From: Octopus vulgaris
Taxonomy: Eukaryota
Assembly (NCBI GenBank): GCA_951406725.2
Contig: OX597825.1
Coordinates: 4,092,001-4,156,000, forward strand
Direction of reading: 5' to 3'
Length of the DNA: 64,000 bases
In this document: one piece after another, positions 38,076 through 48,612 of the stretch
Layout: each line of letters opens with the position of its first letter
Numbering within the stretch: the stretch's first letter is position 1
Notes under the pieces: generated by a model
The model's database searches: none
Told to the model about the DNA's origin: nothing
What the model saw: only the letters and a program-made list of their open reading frames with translations
Program-made: the position numbers and the translations under genes

Positions 38076-39428
38076 AATCAATTATAAGTATGATGAAAGA
38101 TTTGTACGCCTTTTTGCGTGGTGTCTGCCGCTATTCTGTGTGGGTGTTTGAATGCAGCTCAAAGATAGTAACTGTAAATTGTGCATTCTAAAACTGTGTA
38201 TTCTAGGTATTGGCAATAGCATTAGTGGTTTCCTAAAAATTGATGATTCACATTACCTCTTTTTATGAAAATCGTACGTGACCAATATTTGTTTTATGAT
38301 GAGAGAATAATTCATAATTAAAAAAATAAGTCATTACATATGATACAATGTAAATATGTTATATGACATATAGATCATCCGCATTAATATAAAATTTTCG
38401 TCATCCTTATTTTCTAAGTTATTTGCTGTGAGATATTAACGTCAGCCCAGAGCTGAAAATTGCCTTAACAGCAACAATTGAATTTGTTAGACGTTTAGTA
38501 ATTTTGATTCCTGTTTATTTCAGTATTTTTCTTAGAGAGAATCTGCATCGTGGATAATTTTTCCAATGGAAAGCATGCAATTTAGAATAGAATATCTGCG
38601 GGATTGCAATTTTTTTTAGAAAAACTCAAACAAAACAGTTGTATTTCTATATCCACTTAGTAACACAACTTTTGTAGTTGCCTTTTCGTTTCCTCAGAAA
38701 AGTGCTGCTATAGGCTATCCATTATTGATTGCATGTTTAGTTGTATACATTTCTCTGTTTGGAATACGGTTTAATAAAATATTCTCACAAGCGTTTTTTT
38801 TTTTAATCATATTTCTCAAATGTATTCGGAATTATATAAAATATTCCGTTTTGAAACTATTATAATATATTTTTTAAGCAGAAAAAAAATGTGAAATCTA
38901 ATATAAAATTGAAAGTGTTTTGTTATAAATTGAATAAATTGTCTCTTAAATTGATTTAAATTTTCTTTCTTGTTCCATTTGAAACTAAGGTATTTCTTTT
39001 TTCAGTAACATACAATATATAATTTACTTTTAAAGTGATGATTGAAAATAATACTTTAACTGTAATGGCGGACTGTTCTAAACAGTTTGAGTTGCAAGTG
39101 AGCTTAGATTCGTTATAGATTATCGCTTTAATGCAAATTACAAGAAAACATTGACTTTAAGAGAAGTAAGGCAAATTTAGCATAAGGTGTGTTTTCTTCA
39201 ATAAAACGAGGAAAAGTATGTTTTAGTCATAATTTAATCTCACGAATCTTTTCAATCAAATGTTATGTTGCAAAATACAGTTTTTCCAACTGAAATCCTA
39301 TATACACGTATACACATACACACACGTACACACAGACAGACAGAGACAAACACAGACACACATACACAGACGCACAGACACACACACACATGTATTTATA
39401 TAATAAAGTCAGATGTTTCTACTATATC

Positions 39429-39469
<41 letters not shown>

Positions 39470-39879
39470 TATTCAAAGTAAGCAACAAGGATATCCCAGG
39501 TAGTGTTGTACAATTGTTTTGTTTCATGCTACTTCAATTTATTAATCACTGTAAGTATTACATCAGTTTGAAAGTGTCGAGAAATCTTCAGTCACAGTGT
39601 TTAATAAAATGAAGTAGTACAATTGTACTACTCTACCTTGGATACCATTGTTGCTTAATTTGATTATAATCAACCATTTGATAATCAATTTTATATTGAT
39701 AATACCATACAAAATTCTGGTGCCTTTAACTTAAGTACCATATTCATCTGAATCTAAATTTCTGTTGAACTTATATATATATATATATATATATATGTGT
39801 CTGTGTCTGTCTGTGCGTGTGTGTATTTGAGAGAGACATGTGTGGGTGGGAGTATCTCTATGTGTGTATGTGCCTTTCT

Positions 39880-40078
39880 GTCCGTAATATTACCCACCAT
39901 AACTCGACAACGGGTGTAGGTGTGTTTACGTCCTTGTGATAAGCGGTTCGGTGGAAGACTGATTAAATACTACTAGGCTTTAACAAATTCTTGGAATCGA
40001 TTTCTTCGACGAAAACCCATGAAGGCGGTCTCCAGTATGGCAATATTCAGATGACTGAAGCAAGTAAAAGACGAGAAA
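39880..40078 (+). mobile_element. SINE 3' fragment
   Basis: ggtgtgtttacgtcc..gcggttcgg..gaaggcggtctccagtatggc..tgactgaagcaagtaaaaga; same tail family as 11.3 kb and 32.0 kb. Confidence 0.75.
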
Positions 40079-40194
40079 TATGAAAATGAAGATGAAGATG
40101 ATGATGACGACGACGACGATAATGATAATGGCGGCGGTGGTGGTCATGATGATGATGATGATGATGATGATGATTATGATGATGATGATTATGA

Positions 40195-40225
<31 letters not shown>

Positions 40226-40261
40226 TGATGATGCAGATGGTGATGGCAGTCACTGATATTG

Positions 40262-40610
40262 TTATCGCCAATATGAGAAAGCAAGCCATCCAGACGCATG
40301 GCTGTGAAGTGCTGCCACATCTGCCGTACTCTGCTGATTTGGCACCAACGGATTTCCACCACCTTCGAACTCTTTCAAATGATATGCGCAGACTTTCGTT
40401 CAATACTGATTCAGAATTGAGAGCTTGGTTGTATCAATTTTTCAAGTCGAAATCGGGTGATTTCTACCAATGAGATATTGAAAACCCTGTTGAACATTGG
40501 AAAGAAGTTGTAAACAACAAGGGTGAATACATTATTGATTAATTAGTTGTTACTTTTTATTAAACCTTTTAAAAAATTTAAATTTAAAACACTGCGGGAA
40601 CTTAGTTGCC
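40262..40610 (+). mobile_element. Mariner 3' fragment
   Basis: ORF 40225-40473 contains EVLPHLPYSADLAPTDFH; C-terminus EHWKEVVNNKGEYIID*; truncated TIR gggaacttagttgcc (40596-40610), repeated again at 40633-40647. Confidence 0.92.
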
Positions 40611-40692
40611 TATATATATATATATATATATAGGGAACTTAGTTGCCTATATATATATATACGTGAGTATTTTATTTATATCCCATCGAAAG

Positions 40693-40754
40693 CTCTACTG
40701 AAGGAAGAATATATCTTTTTATAAGATTAATTCCGAAATTGATTCAATATAGAG
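40693..40754 (+). ncRNA. Type I hammerhead ribozyme motif, copy 1 (A9->G core variant)
   Basis: ctcta-CTGAAGG-..stem II..-GAAA-ttgattcaa-TA-tagag. Confidence 0.6.
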
Positions 40755-41186
40755 ATAACGAAATTTAAATTTTCAAAAGGTTAGTTGCTCGTTTTCAGTT
40801 TCAATTCTCCTGTAGCAAGCGGATTATAAGTGGATAAATCAGTGTATTGGCTTTAGAATAACCCTCTTTATAGCCCTTAATTATATGATGTTTATACTTC
40901 AACCGTAACGGTTTTTTTAAATATACTGCCCACGCTTCCTGATGGATTCCTTTTCTGTAGAGAAAGGGACTTCATCCTATATTGTTAGTAGTAAACTCGC
41001 TGCTTGCTACGGGAGGACCGGTAACCATTACAATTTCTAGCGGCGAAAGGTCAAGACGTTGTTTCTGAGGCTGACCAAAGAATTTTTATTTTTAGGTATA
41101 AGTGATGTACTCAAGTGTAGTTATGTTTTTAGCGTGTGCTTTTTCCATGATCATACGTGAGTATTTTATTTATATCCCATCGAAAG

Positions 41187-41248
41187 CTCTACTGAAGAAA
41201 GAATATATCTTTTTATAAGATTAATTCCGAAATTGATTCAATATAGAG
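41187..41248 (+). ncRNA. Type I hammerhead ribozyme motif, copy 2 (complete core)
   Basis: ctcta-CTGAAGA-aa-gaat..atctt..aagat..attc-c-GAAA-ttg-att-caa-TA-tagag: 5-bp stem I, 4-bp stem III with triloop, AUA triplet, predicted cut after 41243. The base of stem II is imperfect. Confidence 0.75.
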
Positions 41249-41382
41249 ATAACGAAATTTAAATTTTCTAAAGGTTAGTTGCCCGTTTTCAGTTTTCAAT
41301 TCTCCTGTAGCAAGCGGATTATAAGTGGATAAATCAGTGTATTGGCTTTAGATTAACCCTCTTTAGCCCTTAATTATATGAT

Positions 41383-41423
<41 letters not shown>

Positions 41424-43104
41424 TATATATGTATGTATGTATGTATATGCATAAACATACTCACACACATACAAACACACACACAAACATACACGCACAC
41501 ATACACGCATATATGTACATATACATATATATAGAGATGCAAATTATGTGAAGAAAGAAGAACATCCAGGACAGAAAACAATGTGGCTAAAATATTATCT
41601 AAGGGAAATTGCAGACATAAAAGAAGCAATGCTGAACGAATTTATATAAGATAATAACAAGAAGAAAAAAAACAATAATACTGCGTTTGGGTTGTAAAGT
41701 GATTATAAGATAAACAATAAATGTAGAAACTGAGTGAAGTCAATGAAAAATAAGATGGAATCAATGAAAAGTGTGTTGTAAGGAAAAGTACGCTATAAGG
41801 GAAGATAATTGTATAAAAATAATTTCACAAAAAAATAAAACGTTCGTTATATAATGTAAATAGAGGGAGAGAGCCAAAAAGGAGGCGTCTGAGACACAGA
41901 CACAAAGATTCAAAGACAGATATGGAGAATAATATGATCTTAAATTTTCGCTCACTTGAGAGGCTGCCAAAGGGGAGATGCGCAGTTAGAGAAAATTTAA
42001 TGTTGCATTTTATTTTTTGTATTAGGGTCTTAAATCGACAGTGTATCGGAATAGTACAGGATTTGATATATGTTGTAATACTTGCACATTTTACCTATGC
42101 TAATAACAATAGAACAGTACTACCTCAATTGATTGACCTCGATTTCCAAGACAATGTCCATATAAAACATTTTCAGATTCCTTTTATCATTACGATGGCT
42201 GAATACTTATCGAATACTTGTCATGTTTGTTTCATTGTTCTATTGAAATCCTTGAATGTATTTATCAATCTTTACAGTTGCCGAATGAATCACTACCATA
42301 AGCAGAAAGGTAAACAAAAACACAAAAATGGTTGATACAAATAACAATACCTAAAATCGCATCTATAGGATTAGTTGTGCAGAAGTTTATAAATCTTCAC
42401 TGAGATTTTTTTTTTCCTTTTTCGTTTAGAAACATACTTCAAATAGAGTTGTTTGTAAAAATCAATATAGTAGGACACTGACAAACGCGACGTAGCGTTC
42501 ACTGGAAGCGTTGCGATGAATAAGATTAGACTTATTAGACTTTCTTCTCATGTTATTTTATCAGTAAATCGTGGACATATTAAAAGTGGATATATATTTC
42601 ACGTAATACTGCATATGATGGAGGGGAAAATACTTTTTTAGAAAGAGGAAATATTTGATAGTAAGGATGAAAGTAGTTACATAGAACAAAGGAAATGTTA
42701 TATATTAGTAGGATTAAAAAAAAGTTTTTAAATACAATTTTGGTACTCTCGATGCCCTTTACCTGGTTTATGAGCGATTCGAGGAAATCTTCAGCTGACC
42801 CCTTTAATCCGTTGCGTAATGAAACCCCTTTACTCATATCTCATTCTCAAGGTTGTACTTCCATCGTATAATTTGCTCTGACAAAAACCTTTTTCAGGTT
42901 ATACAAATGTTCAATTGGGTGTATGCGTGTGTGTGTGTCTGTCTGTGTGTATGTGTGTATAGGGAGATGAGTGGAGGGATAGAGAGGGCGAGAGAGACAG
43001 GGAGGCAGGTTGAAAGACAGAGATTGGAAACAAACATATTTAAATTTGAATGGAGATGAAGTAAATAAACATGTTTAAAAGACCTCTACATTTTCAAATC
43101 CTCT

Positions 43105-43195
<91 letters not shown>

Positions 43196-43196
<1 letters not shown>

Positions 43197-44422
43197 TGCT
43201 ACAATTGGCCTAGACACCTACCTGAAAAACTCTGAGGACTGGATGCTAAAACTTGTCTCAAAACATGAAAACAAGAAAGCATCATACTCAGTCACAAAAC
43301 AGGCAAAGGAATATCTAAGTGAATTCTGAATACAACCAATTTCGGAATTAGAGATAGACATACAAGAAACAAGCACAGAAAAAGCTAGGCGCATGAAAAC
43401 CCGTGCCAAAACCGCGGCCTTAGATATTCTGAATAATAAATGGCAAGAAAAACCTCTCTATGGCAAATACCCAAAGAGAGCGAACAATGCAGATATCGAC
43501 AAAGCCCTGACCCATCAATGGCTAATGGCCTCTGGCTTAAAATCTGAAACAGAGGGGTTTATCATAGCAGCTCAAGATCAATGCCTACCAACAAGAAACT
43601 ACCAGGCCAACATATTAAAGATCAGAAGCAGTCCAACGTGTCGTGTATGCAAGCAACAAAATGAAACCATTGACCATGTGGTCTCCAAGTGCAGTCTTCG
43701 AGCGCCTACAGAGTATCTCAACAGGCACGATAGAGCTGCACAATATATTCACAGGGTAATCTGTAAAAACCTGGATTTGCCCCATGAAAAAAACTGGTGG
43801 GAACACAAACCACCCCCAGTGCTTGAAAATGACCACATCTCACTCCTCTGGAACTTCACCATTCAAACTGACAGGAAGATAGATGCAAATAGGCCAGACA
43901 TCATATTGAAAGACTTCAAACAAAGAACATGCCTCCTCATTGATATGACTGTCCCAATCGATATAAACGTATCTGTCAGGACCTACCAAAAACTGATCAA
44001 ATATAAAGATCTTGAAATAGAAATCAGCAAAATGTGGAAGCTGAAGACTAAAACAATACCTGTTGTCATAGGTGCCCTGGGAATGATAGCAAAAGGGGCT
44101 GATAGCTACCTAACTCAGATACCAGGAAACCCAAAAATGGCAGAAGTTCAAAAGATAGTGCTCATGGGAACTGCTCATATCCTACGCAAAATACTCTCTA
44201 TGTAACCTCAAGGTTTAAAACAACCATAATTTTCGGTTTAAAAAAAAAAAAAAAAAAAAAAAATTTTTTTTTAGACATTCATTAGTACAACATCCCCACC
44301 CCCCAAATATATGGCACACTAGGCATAACAACAACATGAACTTCCAACCCTGTTGTCTCTTGAGGTCTCTGGGTGAGACTTGGAGCCAACTTGTACAAAT
44401 ATAAAGCAAAAGTCAAACATAG
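43196..44422 (+). mobile_element. 5'-truncated R4/Dong-type (RLE) non-LTR retrotransposon
   Basis: C-terminal ORF plus ~215-nt 3' UTR, flanked by (TAA)n at 43146-43195 and 44423-44540, the known target of Dong elements. Confidence 0.9.
43393..44205 (+). pseudogene. C-terminal part of LINE ORF: CCHC zinc knuckle plus restriction-like endonuclease
   Basis: 270 aa with ETEGFIIAAQDQ, CRVCKQQNETIDHVVSKC (CCHC), RHD, RPDII..IDMTVP and KLIKYKDL. The frame extends upstream to ~43196 through one TGA. RT core absent. Confidence 0.93.
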
Positions 44423-44446
44423 AATAATAATAATAATAATAATGAT

Positions 44447-44541
<95 letters not shown>

Positions 44542-44584
44542 GTAAATAAATATACGTATCGGTACTTATAATAAACAAATAACA

Positions 44585-44714
44585 ATATAGAAATCAATAT
44601 TTTTACAATACAAATCAAACAAATTTCAACAATATTGTTTTAGAAAGAAGTCATGTTTTTATTTTAAGATATATTGTTGAATTTTGTTCGATTTTTATTG
44701 CGAAATTACGTATC

Positions 44715-44718
<4 letters not shown>
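44585..44718. repeat. AT-rich inverted repeat
   Basis: 44606-44635 matches the reverse complement of 44671-44700 at 27/30 positions. Confidence 0.85.
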
Positions 44719-44750
<32 letters not shown>

Positions 44751-44811
44751 TTTATCTTTTCTTATAAGATAATATAGGTGCATTTATTTAATTATTTTAT
44801 TGTTTTTATCT

Positions 44812-44894
44812 TACAGCTGATGAGTGACTATATTTAAAATAAATTGGTTTACCGTTATCAATTTGAAAATATAGCATGAAACACGTGTAGTCTA
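44812..44894 (+). ncRNA. Degenerate type I hammerhead motif
   Basis: CTGATGA (44817-44823), stem II gtgactatattt/aaatatagcat, GAAA, palindromic acacgtgt, GUA triplet. Stem I (tacag/gtcta) does not pair in register. Confidence 0.55.
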
Positions 44895-45125
44895 TTTACT
44901 AATATACTATTTATTTGTTATTTACTACTTTATTTTTGAATTGCTTCATGGTGGTTCTTCTCTAATTTATATACATGTATTATAAATTGTGAAATTTTAT
45001 TTAGTATTACTAAATTGACTTTTTCCCTGTCAGTTTGGAATCATATTCCCTAATATTACACACACACACGCGCGCGCGCGCACACACACACACACACATA
45101 CACACACACACACACACAGACATAC

Positions 45126-45160
<35 letters not shown>

Positions 45161-45918
45161 AAACGATTTATAAATGACAGAAATTCCATGTAATCTTTAC
45201 TCTTCTCTTCACAAAAATTCCGAAACACTAGCAGCTGAACGTTATTCATTTGCTCCAACTCCGAATGCATTATGAATAAGTTTTGCCCGATTAGTTAATG
45301 TTCGCCATCTCTGATTTGTCCTATAATGTATACAATTTAACGCAAGCCAGTTTATATATAAACCATTTCAATAATCTTCCGGCAGCGGCTCTAAGATTTT
45401 TGGTAGTGTTTCATTCGTTCATTGAGGCTCGTAATGAAGCTATAACGACGCCTACAACCCCTAGCTGCCTTCTTTATAAACAAAATTATGAAATGAAGTA
45501 CCAGGAACACATAGGCGCGCACACACGCACATACACGAACAGCGTTTGTTCGACATGAATGCAACATGTACTACAATGTCGACAAATACAGCTGAAGTAG
45601 TTAGATAGTAAAACATGAAAATTTGTCGTAACTATTTATTAGCTCAGCCATGATAAGCATTTTAATTGTACTAATGCGGTATTAATACTATTTCAATAAG
45701 CCATACAACACTTCATAAAAAGGTATCTTTAAAATCATAAGGGGGTTAAAAAACCAGTCATGTCAATTCGTTTTCTCATTCACTACGGAAGTTCAGTAAA
45801 ATAAAATAACATATTTACAATTTAACCGCTTAGCATTAGAGTAGTTCAGACTGCAAGACATAACGAGTAAAACAATAAAAACATATGCACTTACGAGGAC
45901 TCTCACTCCTATATATAC

Positions 45919-45981
<63 letters not shown>

Positions 45982-46090
45982 GTCTGTGTGTGTGCATAAA
46001 TATTAATTTGCTTCTGTATGTTCATATTCTATATTATGTTAAATAAGTACTTTATGTTCGTAATTTTAAAATCTTATACACAAGTCATAA

Positions 46091-46156
<66 letters not shown>

Positions 46157-46281
46157 TATATAAATATATATATATGAGTGTGTATATATTATGTATATAT
46201 TATGTATATATGTGTATATATTTTAAAAATATAAATATATGTAAGAATAGAGCTGAACGACGAATTAACAAAATTCCTTTA

Positions 46282-46364
46282 TTTTCGACATATGTTTCGA
46301 AGGCTGCATATTCCTAATTGCGAAGGAATGAGGAGTACATTATGCCGCTTTCTCATCAGGAAAA
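46282..46364 (-). ncRNA. Type I hammerhead ribozyme motif with complete core
   Basis: Minus strand: ttttc-CTGATGA-gaaagcggcata...tatgcagccttc-GAAA-catatg-TC-gaaaa. 5-bp stem I, stem II 10/12 paired and closed by G-C, palindromic stem III acatatgt, GUC triplet. Confidence 0.85.
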
Positions 46365-46896
46365 GCAAGGAACTTATGTCAACATCAAAATGCACAAAAA
46401 ACGTTTAGATGATTGCTCACACGGAGCCCATAGCGGTAATGAGTGTCTGTTTAAAATATTCCTTTATAAGGACTGACGTCAAAGAGGTTGAAAGTAGAAG
46501 AATCTAGAAGGTTCTAAAGGTTCAAGGGTTCAAACTAAGTTGGAGGAGAGAGGCAAAAGAATAGGAAGGTGAAAGAGTGCAGGTCATATGAATGGTGGAT
46601 TTTGTTAATTTCTTTTGTGAATGAGTGCATATATGTTTGATTGTGCTTACTATAGAAAGAGGGAAATAGAGAGAGAAATGACTATGGGGGTGACATATAT
46701 AAAAAAATAAGTTATATTAATTAAAATTCAAGGGGTTATCTATATTAATCATTATTCATATGAGTGAAATGTGTGTTTTTCCAGTGCATGCACCTGTATG
46801 ACCTCTCGACGATTGTATTTATTAAAGGGACTTTGGCGAACAAAATATGAAAAAGTTCGGAATTACAGATGCCACAATATTTTCTGCCCTTCCGTA

Positions 46897-46930
<34 letters not shown>

Positions 46931-47720
46931 TATGTATATATATATATGTATATTATATGTATATTATATTATATATATATATATATATTTATTTATATAT
47001 ATATATATATATGTGTGTGTTATGTATATGTGTACATACACGGAGAGAGAAAGAGAGAGAGAGAGTGAAGGAGGGTGATATATATATATACATATACGTG
47101 TGTTTTCTGCACAGTAATGTGTGCATATATAAAAGGCTTTTGTACAAGTGTACGTATTTGGCTTTGTGCCTTCGTTTAGGAATTCATGTATGCAAAGTCA
47201 TTCTGAAAATCCCTGAATTCTATTCTAATAGAGTTTAGCGTGATTCAGGTATAATGTCTATGTAGCTAGAAGTTACTTTTCAGATACGAAATATGGAAAT
47301 CACTTTATATTTAACATAATGTCACACTAAATATCTGTTCAGTAAAATTCTTCATATAATGCAAGTACATTGATACATTGTTGAAACTGTTTCTGACCTA
47401 CAAACGTAGTGAGCCATAAGACTGATATTTGCTCTTAGTGAATAAAGGAAATGTCATTTTCAGATTCGATTTAACAAAATTAACTACTATAATAGCCTAA
47501 TCTTTATTCATTGAAATGTAGGTAATGATAAAGAATAAAGGATGAAAAGTAGGCCGAAGTGTATATTAGCAAAAATAAGAAATCAATACACTCGAATTCT
47601 TAGTTTGTTGAGACATTTTCAGTTATCGTTTGTAAGTCCAACAAAAGCCTATGTTTTATATACGAAAAAGAAAAAAAGTTAAATCGAATAAATACGCATT
47701 TGTGTATGCGTGTACGTTTA

Positions 47721-48612
47721 TATTTGGTCATCCCATAAATACTGCGGATTTTTCAATTTCATGAACTAAAAGTCGGAAGGGGACAGGATAAACTACCTGC
47801 ATTAACTTTATATAAATCATCTAGTAATTTTACATTGTACTTATTCTTAGTGCAAATTTTGAAGAGTGCAGTTCGATTTTAATTTTTTTTCAAAGCTATA
47901 TTTCAAAACTATATTATGAGTTCAATAAAAGGAACAGCGGAACAGATAATATGAGGAAAATTAATGCAATATATGGCGGTTGAACAATAAGTGTAAGGCA
48001 GTATAAACGGTATTTCCAGAAATTTTGAGGCGGAAACGACAGCCTAGAAGACAAGCCTCGTTCTGGGAGATCTGTAGAGCTCGACGAGGACGTCCCGCAA
48101 ACGCTGATGAGACAACATCCCAGCGTAACAGTTGAGGAACTATCAAGGAATTTTGCATTTGGTCTTTCAAACACTCATTCAAGTCAGCGCTCCAGGAGAA
48201 AACTGCGACCATCTTTGGTTTCAAGACGAAAGGTGATCTTCTCTCAGGAGAACACATACATCTCGCTTCCGTACAGCAAGGGATGACATTCCAAAGGCTG
48301 CAGTAGTTTGAATGGGAAATAATGCACCACCCACCATATGCGCTGGACATAGCCCCATCTGATTATCATTTATTCTGCACTCTTAAAATAATTTGGATGG
48401 AAAAAAAAAAAATGAATTCTGTAGTCGAGGTCAGGACAGTTTTGGAGAAGTATTTTTTTGTCGCAGACGGGTGAACTTTGGACGAAGGCGTTGCAAGTCT
48501 ATCAGATGGATGGAAGAGCATTGCATAAAATGAGGAGGGTATATGTTAGATAGAACTTATCTTAATTTTGAAAAATAAAAGTATGATAAACTTATTTATG
48601 AGATGACCCAAT
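47721..48612 (+). mobile_element. Internally deleted mariner with both TIRs
   Basis: TIRs tatttggtcatcccataaata / tatttatgagatgacccaata; frames give SLEDKPRSGRSVELDED and WEIMHHPPYALDIAPSDYHLF. Confidence 0.92.

Larger units (their letters stand above)
40661..41386 (+). mobile_element. Retrozyme-like / PLE pseudo-LTR element: ~230-bp direct repeats, 494-bp period, one hammerhead per repeat
   Basis: 40661-~40895 and 41155-~41386 are near identical; non-coding; flanked by (TA)n on both sides. Confidence 0.8.

Noticed and set aside
46780-46875. HDV-like ribozyme resemblance (ctgta/tacag, cctctcg loop, gg-cgaac..gttcg)
   Set aside because: No P1 helix could be placed, and P3 and J4/2 are out of register; cannot be supported by eye.
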